A stretch of 64,000 nt of DNA, taken from NCBI GenBank assembly GCA_043228905.1, contig JBHGNT010000003.1, positions 14,942,001 to 15,006,000 on the forward strand, given 5' to 3'. This document shows positions 13,486-26,652 of the stretch, piece by piece. This stretch comes from Azolla caroliniana. Lineage: Eukaryota > Plantae > Polypodiophyta. Position numbers and translations under genes: made by a program. The notes under the pieces are model-generated. The model was not told the DNA's origin. It worked only from the letters and a program-made list of their open reading frames with translations, and did not search any database. Numbering within the stretch: the stretch's first letter is position 1; each line of letters begins with the position of its first letter.

Positions 13486-16400
13486 ATGGATAGAGGCATG
13501 GCGAGCTCGCTTCCAACAGAGAAGCTCGACAGAACCAACTACGTGTCTTGGTCCTACAAGATGCACCAGTACCTGCTCGGGCACGGCTACTGGAGTTATG
13601 TCGAAGGAGCTAATGACGCGGCACCCGAATCGACACACAGAGACTTCCCGTCGTGGGAGCAATCGGCGAGCAGGGTATTATACTGCTTCGCGTCGTTTGT
13701 GGGCGAACAACTATTGAGCTATGTTCGGGATGCAAAGACGCCGAAGGGTGCGTGGGAAAATTTGAAGAAGATTTTCGCCGCGACCACCACAACCAGGAAG
13801 CTTCAGCTCCGACAGGAGTTGAGCAACCTACGACAACGTGATTTGTCGGTGGTGGACTATACCTCCAAGATCAAGGATATGTGCGACTCGCTCGCCTCCA
13901 TAGAGGTGAACATCGAGGAGAGCGAGATGGTCCAGATCTGTCTCGGAGGTTTGGCGTCGAAGTTCGGAGCGTTCTGAACGGCTGTGTGTACCCGGGAGAA
14001 TACGCCGTCCTTTTTCGACTTACAGTCGATGCTCCTGGTAGAGGAGAACCACGCGGGTGCGTCTACAAGCACGCACGCCGACAACAGAATACTGTACACG
14101 GAGGGAGATAGGCCTCGTGGACGTGGAGGACGAGGCAAGTCGGGGCGCAATGAAGGCGGCCGACGAGATCAAGGAAGAAGGCACCGAAGTAATGCCGATA
14201 GCAACTCCGGACCCTCCGGAAACAGGGGGAGTCGAAGCGATGAGAACCGGCAAGGGAAGGCCATCGCGGAGTGCTGGTACTGTGGCAAGAAAGGCCACCG
14301 GGAAAGTGAGTGCCGGAAGAAGCGCGCCGATTCGGAGAGAAATGGCTCCAGAAATACCGACAAGGGAAATCGGCAGCAATCGCACTACGCCGAAGACTCT
14401 GGGAGAGCCGGAGAAGGGTCTGTCTTCATGACGAGACACGAAGCAAACTCAATGAAACAGAGCACCCCGAGAGCGGACGAGGTGTGGTACGTAGACACCG
14501 GCGCGTCAAACCACATGACGAGCCATAAGGAGTGGTTCTTGTACCTGGAAAAACAGATACAACCTGGAGTAGTCGCAACTGGAGATGACACTCCGCATCC
14601 GATCGCGAATGTCAGAGAAGTTCCCCTTAGCCATGTCGAGCAGAAAGGGAAACTCATGAACATGCTGCACGTTCCGACAATCACGAAGAACTTGGTCTCG
14701 ATGGGACAGATCGTCGACCAAGGGATGGAGGTTCGGTTTACACACCTCGGGTGCTTCATTGAGGAAGAAGGCCGTGTGATTGCGCAAGGGCGCAGAGACG
14801 GGAGGATGTTCATCCTCGACTCCACTGACGGCGGCACCGCAATGTTCGCAAAGGGACAAAAAGCCGAGTCGGACATTGACTTGTGGCACAAGCGGATAGG
14901 CCACGTCAACCACCAACGGCTTCAATATCTGCAATCGAAACAGGTAGTATTCGGATTGCCCAAATTTAGTGGCCGAAAGGCACAAATTTGTGAAGCCTGC
15001 CAGCTCGGGAAGCAACACCGACTTCCTTTCCCCAATGAGCCAAATCGGAGCCGGAATAAGCTCGACCTTATACACTCCGATGTATGGGGGCCGACACAAA
15101 ACGTTAGTCTTGGCGGGAGCCGATATTTCGTCTCCTTCATCGACGACCACACGCGGCACACGTGGATCTACCTTATTGAGAGGAAGAGTGAAGTCTTTGA
15201 CTGTTTCCGGGACCTCAAAGGGTTCGTGGAAGCCGAAACGGGACGAAAGATCAAGTGCCTGCGGTCGGATGGCGGAAAAGAGTACTTTTCCGATCAATTC
15301 AACGGTTATCTACAACAAATGGGAATTCGGCGCGAATTCAGTTATAGATACACGCCAGAGCAGAACGGCGTGGCCGAGAGGAAGAATCGGTCAGTTGTGG
15401 AAGCGGCACGGGAAATGCTGGAGGAGAAGAGCTTGCCCAAGTTCTATTGGGCCGAGGCGGTAAGGACCGCGGTATACATCCAGAACCGGATCGGAGACAA
15501 AGTGTCGTCGCACGAGCTATATTTCGGAACGAAGCCGAACTTGCGACACTTGAGGGTGTTCGGTAGCATTGCGTATGTGCATGTACCGAAGGAGAAAAGG
15601 AGGAAGCTAGATGCAAAGGTCGAGAAGTGCATCTTGGTCGGTTACTCGGACGAGCAGAAGGGTTATAAGTGCTATAACCCTCGCACCAAACAAGCGCGTG
15701 TCAGCCGCGACGTTGTGTTTGACGAGTCTGCGTCCTGGTACCTACCCCCGACTCGGAACCCCGACTCCAATACGAGCTCTGACGATGAGGTCAGCGAGGC
15801 CGAGATGCCTCCGGATGAGCCCGAAATCGAGCCCCACGAAGAGAGTCCGATTTCACTCTGGTTACGTGGACCGATTGGACGACTGAGTCGGTACGACCAG
15901 TCCGATGAAGAGCCGGCGAGTAGTGGTGACTCGGCCGTGCATTCCCCTCGCAGGAAGCCGAGGAGACGGCCTATGCGCAAAGAGAAAGGGAAAAAGAAGG
16001 TGTCGGATTCCGGCACGGATAGGAACAAGTCAGACCGACGCGAGTCCGACTCCGAGGGAACCGGTGATGGGTCTTTTAAGGTGAAGACCGCGTCGACCGA
16101 GAAGGCCTCGACATCGGCTAATGTCAGACTACGCCGATCTACCCGCCAAAAGAACCCAGTTGTGCGGTTCGGATACAACGAGTACATGGCGCATCATTAT
16201 GCGTACATGACCCGTGTAGCGGAAGTGCGTGAGCCTGTGAGCTACGCAGAAACGGCGAAGGACGCGAATTGGCGCGCCGCGATGGAGGAAGAGATGCAGG
16301 CATTGGCGGAGAACGAGACCTGGGACCTGGTTGACGCACCAATGGGGGTAAAACATATTGGGTGTAGGTGGGTGTACAAGGTCAAGTACAACACATCAGA

Positions 16401-18145
16401 TGGATGTAAAGAATGCGTTCCTGCAAGGTGACCTTGAGGAACAGGTGTACATGGTACAAACCCCCGGATTTCACTCTGGAACGAACTCCTCGGCAGTATG
16501 CCGACTGAAGAAGTCCCTTTACGGACTGAAGCAAGCCCCGCGTGCCTGGAACACGAAGATCACGCAACAACTGCGTCGGATGGGCTTCGTCACGTCAAAA
16601 TCGGACTCTTCCCTGTTCATCTAGAAAGGTCGACTTGGACCGGTTAGTATTTTACTATATGTTGATGACTTGGTCATCACCGGCGCCAACCTAGGTGAAA
16701 TCGACCGCGTGAAGCTTCAGCTTGCGGCATCGTTCAACATGAAGGATCTGGGGGACCTTCATTACTTCCTCAGGATCGAAGTAATCCGTACCCCCGAAGG
16801 CATATTGATCAACCAATGTCATTACGTGTTGAGTATGCTCTTCAAATTCGGGATGGCCGACTGTAAGTTCGTCTCGACTCCTCTGAACAGAACTGTCAAG
16901 CTTCGTCCCGATACGGGAAAGGTATGCGACCCGACGAGGTTCCGACAAATTGTCGGAAGCCTTATCTACTTGACCATCACCCGACCCGACCTCAATTATC
17001 CGGTCGGAGTGATCAGTCAGTTCATGGCGCGACCTACCGAGGAGCACCTTCAGTGTGCGCAATGCATACTTCGGTATGTCAACGGCACTAAGGACCGGGG
17101 ACTGCTATATCGGACCGGTGCAGCTGTGCAGTTAGTCGGCTACACCGATGCTGATTGGGCTGACAACGCCGCCGATCGCCGATCCATGTCTAGATACGCG
17201 TTCTCCCTCGGGAGTGCCGCGATCGCGTGGAGCAGTAAGAAGCAGCCGACAGTTGCACTGTCGAGCACCGAAGCTGAGTACCGAGGAGCGGCTGTCGCGA
17301 CATGCGAAGCCATATGGTTGAAGCGGCTACTTAAGGACCTGCGAGAGGAGGTGTCCGATCCAACGACGATCTACTGCGACAACCTCAGCAGCATCCAGCT
17401 CGTGAAGAACCCCGTCTTCCACGTACGGACCAAGCACATTGAGGTGCACTACCATTTCGTCCGTGAGCGTGTGCTTTCTGGTGAAGTCGAACTTCAGTAC
17501 GTTCCGACGGATCGGCAGGCTGCCGACATCTTCACCAAGCCTCTTGGTCTGGACAAGTTGCGGCAATTCTTAGGTGCGCTCGGGTTGCGTCACCTCGACG
17601 TGCCGAACTTGAGGGGGAGAACAGTCCCGAAAGACCAAGCAAGGCAGCAGGAAAGCAGCGGACACCGCGACACCGAGTCGGTTGACAAGTTCGACATCGG
17701 ATCGGCTGAAGAAGCCGAGGGCGGACCCGCGGAAAAGTTCGGAAGCAGACAGAAGGGGAGCAACCGAAGGAGAGAGCCAAAGCCAACCACGCATGGGGAA
17801 GATGACGCCATCGAAGGCGAGAAGACCGAAGACGAGTTGGAGACAGCCAACTCGGACGAGAGCGAAAACTAATCGGAGGTAGCCGAGTCGGATCAGATGT
17901 TTGATTCAGACACGCTGAATCAACCGAGGCCCAAGCGGAAGAAAAGGCAGCAGGAGAAGCGTCAACACCGCAACAACAGAAGAGCTGATAAGGGCCGCAT
18001 GAGCAGACAAGCCGACCGGAAGGGTCAAAGCGTGCGGAGTCGAACAGGTCGAGGAGCGCGAGCGAGGCGTGAAGCCAGGAGGAACCGGAGCCGTGAGCCC
18101 GAGGATCCCGAAGAGCCTCAAGTTGAGCTTGAGGGGGAGTGTTGA
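13486..18145 (+). pseudogene. Copia gag-pol, copy of the beta element; disrupted
   Basis: Gag, CCHC knuckle CWYCGKKGHRESEC, protease YVDTGASNHM, integrase, RT, RNase H. Stops at 13975, 16622 and 17870, and a ~155 bp RT deletion at ~16395. Confidence 0.92.
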
Positions 18146-18526
18146 GAGACAAGCTCAACATCGGCCGGATCGGCTGAAGAAGCCGAGGAACCGATCGGTT
18201 GGGACCAATCGGTTAGGCCGAGTGCATAAACCGGGAGGCCGTTAGGAAAGATATTCCGTGAGGAATATATTTGGGAGTTAGTGTAGGAGCTCTTGATGAG
18301 CATTGAAGTACTGTCAGTACTTTGGTCAGTCCTTCTAGGACTTGTATAAAAGTGTTCACTGAGCAGGTCTTATGTATAGACTGAGTATTATTATTGAATA
18401 TATTTTTTTTGTGTTTCTCTCTCTGTCTCTCCCGCGTATACTGCGTAAGCCCAAGCTCTCCATTAAACCTGAGTTTCCTCTCTTCTCTTCGGTCTTCATA
18501 CTTGCTTCCGCACGTTTCTTTTTACA
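18140..18526 (+). repeat. Copia LTR2 (beta type, 387 bp), internal to the chimera
   Basis: PPT GAGGGGGAG upstream; about 3 differences from the reverse complement of 30543-30929. Confidence 0.95.
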
Positions 18527-19500
18527 AGCTCGAAGACGACGACGGAGCGAATGGCCTCACTGAGGACTGGTCGAAGGTCGGATGGGTGTGTCAACGGCTA
18601 GATGACGAGCGAGCCGAGAAGGCTAAGAGGAAGGCGCGCGATGGCGTGCCATCATAGCGGGAAGAGGCCGAACGGCAAAGAGAGTCGGCAAGGCTCGGCT
18701 TCGGGGCCAGGATTGCGGAAGCGTACGCGGCTCTTGAGGCGATGCTCGAGGAAGAGGAAAGATCAAGGCCGCAAGCTTACGCCGAGGAGCCGAACCTGCC
18801 CCACGAGATGGCGGAAGACCGGTACCACGGTACCACGGGAGAGGGTGCGGAACAAAATGCCCTCTCAACTTGCGGAGATAGAACGGCCGAGGTCGAGGCT
18901 GGGATATCGATCGCGGAATCGGAACGATGGGACCTGCAGTTTCGTGTGTGTCGGCCCGAAACCCCGGACATTGGAGAAGCAAGCCCAGGCGGGGCTTGTG
19001 CAATCGGTAAGGAGACGACCACCGGCCAGGAAGAGCCGGTGGCTACGGACAAGGGCGTAAAACGGACGGGCGATTCCTCGTGTCTTCCCACACTTGCTCC
19101 CGAGACGATGGCAGTCAGGCCCGAGTGCCCACGTGAGTCCCAAGAGGAGGAAGGCGGCGGCCAGAGACTGAGAATCACCGGCGAGACGATACGGGGAAGG
19201 AGCAGACGAAAGCCCTCGAACCCGATTCCAGAGAACTCGGCATTCGGGCCCTTATGCCCATGTGAGACCAAGGCGATGGATGACGGTATCGAGGAGTCCT
19301 GGCACGATGCCAGCGAAGATGGATGGGAGGTGGCCCGCAAAAGGGTCGATGAAGAGACCAAAGAACGACTCGACTGGGGACCGAACTGCGCGACACTCCG
19401 ATACGGGTGGAGCGTAATCCGGTTGTGGATTGTTCGATTTGGGCCGGATACGGCATGAAGGTGCTGATACGGGAGAGGGTGCGAGACGAGCTGCCGTCTT
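18527..19500 (+). mobile_element. Co-duplicated piece of the gag-only LTR element (inverted copy of ~29640-30542)
   Basis: Reads LEDDDGANGLTEDWSKV... exactly as the flank of the beta Copia. ORF 18742-19458 matches ORF 29860-30327. Confidence 0.92.
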
Positions 19501-19506
19501 TCTACA

Positions 19507-19518
19507 TGGTATCAGAGC
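19507..19518 (+). promoter_or_regulatory. Second tRNA-iMet PBS with no preceding LTR
   Basis: TGGTATCAGAGC preceded only by CTTTCTACA, the last 9 nt of the alpha LTR. Confidence 0.9.
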
Positions 19519-19578
19519 GCTAGGGTTGAGAACCTCTCTGCAGCCGACACAACTTGACAAAGACGAACAAGAAGAACG

Positions 19579-22500
19579 ATGGATAGAGGCATGGCGAGCT
19601 CGCTTCCAACAGAGAAGCTCGACAGAACCAACTACGTGTCTTGGTCCTACAAGATGCACTAGTACTTGCTCGGGCACGGCTACTGGAGTTATGTCGAAGG
19701 AGCTAATGATGCGGCACTCGAATCGACACACAGAGACTTCCCGTCGTGGGAGCAATCGGCCAGCAGCGTATTATACTGCTTCGCGTCGTGTGTGGGCGAA
19801 CAACTATTGAGCTATGTTCGGGATGCAAATACGCCGAAGGGTGCGTGGGAAAATCTGAAGAAGATTTTCGCCGCGAGCACCACAGCCAAGAAGCTTCAGC
19901 TTCGACAGGAGTTGAGCAACCTACGACAACGCGACTTGTTAGTGGCGGACTATACCTCGAAGATCAAGGATATCTGCGACTCCCTCGCCTCCATAGAGGT
20001 GAACATCGAGGAGAGCGAGATGGTCCAGATCTGTCTCGGAGGTTTGGCGTCGAAGTTCGGAGCGTTCCGAACGGCTGTGTGTACCCGGGAGAATACGCCG
20101 TCCTTTTTCGACTTACAGTCGATGCTCCTGGTAGAGGAGAACCACGCGGGTGCGTCTACAAGCACGCACGCCGACAACAGAATGCTGTACACGGAGGGAA
20201 ATAGGCCCCGTGGACGTGGAGGACGAGGCGAGTCAGGGCGCAATGAAGGCGGCCGACGAGATCAAGGAAGAAGGCACCGAAGTGATGCCGACAGCAACTC
20301 CGGACCCTCCGGAAACAGGGGGAGTCGAAACGATGAGAGCCGGCAAGGGAAGGACATCGCGGAGTGCTGGTACTGTGGCAAGAAAGGCCATAGGGAAAGT
20401 GAGTGCTGGAAGAAGCGCGCCGATTCGGAGAGAACCGGTTCCGGAAACGGCTACGGACATACCCACAAGGGAAATCGACAGCGATCGCACTCTGCCAAAG
20501 ACTTCGGGAGAGCCGAAGAAGGGTCTGTCTTCGTGACGAGACACGAAGCAAACTCAATGAAACAGAGCACCCCGAGATCGGACGAGGTATGGTACGTAGA
20601 CTCCGGCGCGTCAAACCACATGACGAGCCATAAGGAGTGGTTCTCGTACCTTGAAAAACCGATGCAACCTGGAGTAGTCACAATTGGAGACGACACTCTG
20701 CATCCGATCGCGAATGTCGGAGAAGTTCCCCTTAGCCATGTCCGGCAGAAAGGGAAACTCATGAACGTGCTGCACGTTTCGACAATCACGAAGAACTTGG
20801 TCTCGGTCGGACAGATCGTCGACCAAGGGATGGAGGTTTGGTTTACACACCTCGGGTGCTTCATTGCGGAAGAAGGCCGTGTGATTGCGCGAGGGCGAAG
20901 AGACGGGAGGATGTTCATTCTCAACTCCACTGACGGCGGCACCGCAATGTTCGCAAAGGGACAAAAAGCCGAGTCGGACATCGACTTGTGGCACAAGAGG
21001 ATAGGTCACGTCAACCACCAACGGCTTCAATATCTGCAATCGAAACAGGTAGTATTCGGATTGTCCAAATTTAGTGGCCGAAAGGCACAAATTTGTGAAG
21101 CAACACCGACTTCCCTTCCCAAACGAGCGAAACCGGAGCTGGAATAAGCTCGACCTTATACACTCCGATGTATGGGGGCCGACACAAAACTTTAGTCTTG
21201 GCGGGAGCCGATATTTCGTCTCCTTCATCGACGACCACACGCGGCACACGTGGATCTACCTCATTGAGAGGAAGAGCGAAGTCTTCGACTGTTTCCGTGA
21301 CCTCAAAGGGTTTGTGGAAACGGAAACGGGATGGAAGATCAAGTGCCTGCGGTCGGATGGCGGGAAAGAGTACTTTTCCGGTCAATTCAACAGTTATCTA
21401 CAACAAATGGGAATTCACCGCGTATTCAGTTGTAGATACACGCCGGAGCAGAACGGCGTGGCCGAGAGGAAGAATCGGTCAGTTGTGGAGGCGGCACGGG
21501 CAATGCTGGAGGAGAAGAGCTTGCCCAAGTTCTACTGGGCCGAGGCGGTAAGGACTGTGGTATACATCCAGAATCAGATCGAAGACAAAGTGTCGGCACA
21601 CGAGCTGTACTTCGGAACAAAGCCGAACTTGCGACACTTGAGGGTGTTCGATAGCATTGCGTATGTGCATGTACCGAAGGAGAAAAGGAGGAAGCTGGAC
21701 ACAAAAGCCGAGAAATGCATCTTGGTCGGTTACTCAGACGAGCAGAAGGGTTATAAGTGCTATAACCCTCGCACCAAACAAGTGCGTGTTAGCCGCGACG
21801 TTGTGTTTGACGAGTCCTCGTCTTGGTACCAGCCCCCGACTCCGAACCCCGACTCCAATCCGAGCTCTGACGATGAGGTCAGCGAGGCCGAGATGCCTCC
21901 GGATGAGCCCGAAATCGAGACCCGCGATGAGAGTCTGATTTCACTCTGGTTAAGTGGACCGATTGGATGACTGAGTCGGTACGACCAGTCCGATGAAGAG
22001 CCGGCGAGTAGTGGAGACTCTGCCGTGCATTCCCCGCGCAGGAAGCCGAGGAGACGGCTTACGCGCAAAGGGAAAGGGAAGAAGAAGGTGTCGGATTCCT
22101 GCACGGATAGGAACGAGTCAGACCGACGTGAGTCCGATTCCGAGGGAACCGGTGACGGATCTTTAAAGGTGAAGACCGCGTCGACCGAGAAGGCCTCGAC
22201 ATCGGCTAATGTGAGATGACACCGATCTACCCGCCAGAAGAATCCTGTTTTGCGGTTCGGATACAACGAGTACATGACGCATCATTATGCGTACATGACC
22301 CGTGTAGCGGAAGTGTGTGAGCCGGAGAGCTACGTAGAAGCGGCTAAAAACACGAATTGGCGTGCCGCGAATTGGCGAAGGGGTGGCACCTACATCAATT
22401 GGATTTAAAGAATGCGTTCCTGCAAGGTGACCTTGAGGAACAAGTGTACATGGTACAACCCCCCGGATTTCACCCCGGAACGAACTGCTCGGCAGTATGC

Positions 22501-24112
22501 CGACTGAAGAAGTCCCTTTACGGACTAAAGCAAGCCCCGCGTGCCTGGAACGCGAAGATCACGCAACAACTGCGTCGGATGGGCTTCGTCACGTCAAAAT
22601 CGGACTCTTCCTATTCATATGCAAAGGTCGACTTGGACCGGTTAGTATTCTAGTATATGTTGATGAGTTGGTCATCACCAGCGTCGACCTCGGTGAAATC
22701 GACTGCATGAAGCTCCACCTTGCGGCATCGTTCGACATGAAGGATCTGGGGGACCTTCATTACTTCCTCGGGATCGATGTGATCCGTACCCCCGAAGGCA
22801 TATTGATCAGCCAACGTCATTACGTGTTGAGTATGCTCTTCAAGCTCGGGATGGCCGACTGTAAGTCCGTCTCGACTCCTCTGGACAGAACCGTCAAGCA
22901 TCGTCCCGATACGGGAAAGGTATGCGACCCGACGGGGTTCCGACAAATTGTCGAAAGCCTCATATACTTGACCATCACCCGACCCGACCTCAGTTATCCG
23001 GTCGGGGTGATCTGTCAGTAAGCGGCACTAAGGACCGGGGACTGCTATATCGGACTGGTGCAACTGTGCAGTTAGTCGGCTACACCGACGCTGATTGGGC
23101 TGGCAACGCCGCCGATCGCCGATCCAGGTCTAGATACGCGTTCTCCCTCGGGAGTGCCGCGATCGCGTGGAGCAGTAAGAAGCAGCTGACAGTTGCACTG
23201 TCGAGCACCGAAGCCGAGTACCGAGGAGCGGTTGTCGCGACATGCGAAGCCATATGGTTGAAGTGGCTACTTACGGACCTGCAAGAGGAGGTGTCAGATC
23301 CGACGAGGATCTACTGTGACAACCTCAGCAGCATCCAACTCGCGAAGAACCCCGTCTTCCACGCACGGACCAAGCACATTGAGGTGCACTACCATTTCGT
23401 CCGTGAGCGTGTCCTTTCCGGTGAAGTCGAACTTCAGTACGTTCCGACGGATCGGCAGGCTGCCGACATCTTCACTAAACCCCTTGGTCTGGATAAGTTG
23501 CGGCAATTCTCCGGTGCGCTCGGATTGCGTCACCTCGACGTGCCAAACTTGAGGGGGAGAAGAGTCCCGAACGACGACCAAGCCGACCAAGCAAAGGAGC
23601 ACGAAAGGAGCGGAGGCCGCGACACCGGGTCGGTTGACTCGGTTGTTGACTCGGTTGTCGAGTTCAACTTCGGATCGGCTGAAGAAGCCGAGGGCAGACC
23701 CGTGGAAAACTCCGGAAGCGGACAGAAGGGGAGCAACCGAAGAAGAAAGCCGAAGCCAACCATGCATGGGGAAGATGACGCTATCGAGGGCAAGAAGACC
23801 AAAGACGAGTTGGAGACAACCAACTCGGACGAGAGCGAAAACCAATCGGAGGTAGCCAAGTCGGTTCGGATGTTTGATTCAGATATGCTGAATCAACCGA
23901 GGCCCAAGTGGAAGAAAAGGCAGCAGGAGAAGCGTCAACACCGCAACAACAGAAGAGCTGATAAAGGCCGCATGAGCAGACAAGCCGACCGGAAGGGTCG
24001 AAGCGCGCGGAGTCGAACAGGTCGAGGAGCGCGAGCGAGGCGAGAAGGCAGGAGGAACCAGTGCTGTGAAGATCCCGAAGAGCCTCAAGTTGAGCTTGAG
24101 GGGGAGTGTTGA
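19579..24112 (+). pseudogene. Copia alpha gag-pol; disrupted
   Basis: Same domain order. Stop at ~19660 and deletions at ~21100, ~22372 (RT) and ~23020. Confidence 0.92.
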
Positions 24113-24490
24113 GACACAAGCTCAACATCGGCCGGATCGGCTGAAGAAGTCGAGGACCGGATCGGTTGGGACTGATCGGTTAGGCCGAGTGCGTAAACCG
24201 AGAGGTCGTTAGGAAAGATATTCCGTGAGGAATATATTTGGGAGTTAGTGTAGGAGCTCTTGATGAGCATTGAAGTACTGTCAGTACTTCGGTCAGTCCT
24301 TCTAGGACTTGTATAAAAGTGTTCACTGAGCACGTCTTATGTACAGACTGAGTATTATTGTTTAATATATTTTTTTGTGTTTCTCTCTGTCTCTCTTGCG
24401 TATACTGTGTAAGCTCAAGCTCTCCATTGAACCTGAGTTTCCTTCCTTCTATTCTGTCTTTATACTTGCTTCCGCACGCTACTTTCTACA
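24107..24490 (+). repeat. Copia LTR3 (alpha type, 384 bp)
   Basis: PPT upstream, TG...CA ends, followed by TSD ATACT. Confidence 0.95.
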
Positions 24491-25598
24491 ATACTCGGCA
24501 TGAGGATTGAACAAAATCGGATGACAAAGATTCTCCGACTCTCCCAATCCGACTACATTTGTAAGGTGCTAAAGTGCTTCAATATGGAGAATGCGAAGCT
24601 AGCATCAACTCTGCTACTGACGTCGATTCGACTATTGGATAGAGACTCTCCTTCGAAGGATAAGGAGAGAGTGCTTAATGGAAAACTACCCTATGCATTG
24701 GCCGTAGGAAGTATCATGTACGCGATGGTGGTGACCCGACCCGACCTTGCCTATGTCACATGGGTCATCAACTGATACATGTCAAACCCAAGACGGAACC
24801 ATTGGGAGGCCATCAAGCACATCTTCAGGTACCTAAGAGGAACCGAAGATGCACAACTGAGTTTCGGATCAACAAACCTGACTGAAGTGGAAGGCTACAC
24901 TAATTTCGATTATGCCGGGAATTCGGACAATCGGAAGTTGACATTAGGCTATGTTTTCACCTATCACGACGGCATCATATCATGGAGGTTGAAGCTGCAA
25001 GAGTGCACGGCTCTATCTACCACAAAGGCCGAGTACATAGCAACATCAGAGGTAGCGAAGGAAGCAATATGGTTGCACCGACTGTTAGTTGAATTCTCAG
25101 CAACAAGTTGAATTGACCATCTAGCGTTGACCATCTACTGCGCCTCACAGAGTGCAATACACCTCATCAATAATCTTGTCTATCATGCGAAGACAAAGCA
25201 TATTGAGGTTCGGTATCATCATATCCGAGATCTTGTAATCAAGAAGAAGCTTGAAATTTGAAAGATCGACATAGAGGTAAACATCGTTGATTGCCTAACG
25301 AAGCCACTCCTAGATCAACGCTTCGGAGCATTGAGGACAAAGATAGGACCATGAGAAGCAATCAAGTAGAAGAAAGCCGAACAAGGAGCAGAAGGTAAGT
25401 CAAAGATCCGACCGATTCGGACATGCTGATCCAGATGACTAGCCGAATTAGGCTAGATACCAACTTTATCTCTACCGACTCGGTTATATGCCGAACGACT
25501 TGTAACTATAACATTAGATCAAATTGTAATCTAGATTTGCGAGGGAGATATCCCCTTACCATTGTATATAGAACTAGTAGGTCTTTTACGGGGGAGTT

Positions 25599-25893
25599 TG
25601 TTGGCATAAAGGTTGACTCCTTCCAATTTGTATCTTAGTGTGAACATGTCCAAATAATTAGGGCTTAGTATATAAGCAATAAACTAACGTTGTAACTTTG
25701 TCCCCTTTTGTGTGATCATTCTTGTATTGTGAGTCTCTGAGAGAGTGAGAGAGAACAGAGAAATAATAGAGCTTCTATTAAAGCTTAAGAGCGTGTCCCT
25801 CTTCTGTTCATTTTCTTGTCTTCATTCTTTCTGTGTTGTTTGCTGCGTATAGGAAGACAAGTCCTCATACATACTTCCACACATATTCGAACA
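25599..25893 (+). repeat. Probable 3' LTR of Copia A
   Basis: PPT GGGGGAG precedes TGTTGG; ends ...CGAACA; contains TATATAA and AATAAA. No 5' partner is visible. Confidence 0.6.
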
Positions 25894-26103
25894 CCATATC
25901 CCACAGAGGAGCGCCGAAGAAGAAGCTGAATCGAGTGAGGAAGTCGAAACATCCGATAGAGACGGACCTGGCGGCAAAGGCGGTAGAGTCAAGAAGGACA
26001 GAGCCGATCAGAAGAAAAAGGCCAAGACCAAGACATAGTCAGATGTGGTCAAGGACTTGAAGAAGGAGGACGAATTGGAGACATCCAATTCAGACAAGAG
26101 CGG

Positions 26104-26529
26104 TGTAAAGAACTAAATATGATTCTTGTGCAGTGGAAGAGATTTGTATTATGTGTATGTGTGAGAGGAAAGAGATGAGAGAAGAGAAAACACAAGATGA
26201 ATAGGTGAAAGAAAAATGAAGTACTCAAGAAGAAGGTGTATATTAACAAGGAGAATCAAAAATACAAAATGTAGCATTACAAGGAATCACAACCGAGTCC
26301 ATATGAAGTAGGAGGGTGCTTCATATAAGGTCAACCTCTCTCTTCATTAACTCACTACAACAACTACTCTCTCTTGGTGAATGTGAAGACTCATAGTCAT
26401 GGGAAATATGATTCTATGACACATAGTTAATGTGTAGAGATGAGTGGTCTGACTCTTGACCTTTGAGTGATCATAGATTCTCAAAGGGTGTGTTAACACG
26501 TTGCACTACGTTGAGCTTGAGTCTCAACA
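26104..26529 (-). mobile_element. Solo LTR (426 bp), Copia-related
   Basis: TGT...ACA ends. Minus strand starts TGTTGAGACTCAAGCTCAAC like the alpha/beta LTRs. TSD AGCGG/AGCAG; the gamma sequence rejoins across it. Confidence 0.75.
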
Positions 26530-26652
26530 AGCAGGAACAAATTGAAGACAATTGATTCGATCAAGGAGTTTGATTCGGAAGAGCCGAATCATATGCAGGC
26601 CAAGCAGATGAGAGGGTAGCCAAAACCGACACCGAAACGAGGAAGTAAACGG

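Larger units (their letters stand above)
13030..24490 (+). mobile_element. Chimeric three-LTR Ty1/Copia insertion with alpha-type outer LTRs
   Basis: 5-bp TSD ATACT at 13025-13029 and 24491-24495. LTRs at 13030-13413, 18140-18526 and 24107-24490; two PBS and two gag-pol regions. Confidence 0.92.
11010..25893 (+). mobile_element. Old degenerate Ty1/Copia element A; 5' end missing; interrupted at 13030-24490
   Basis: Protease WLLDSGATFH (~11188), integrase [49 protein letters not shown], RNase H TALSTTKAEY/TKHIEVRYH. The RT frame QHILGMRIE rejoins across the insertion. Many stops and deletions; start coordinate approximate. Confidence 0.85.

Noticed and set aside
26648-26652. Alternative 5-bp TSD AACGG for the gag-only element
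   Set aside because: It would require the LTR to end in GAC, but both LTRs end CGACA, the inverse of TGTCG, which leaves a 4-bp ACGG duplication.
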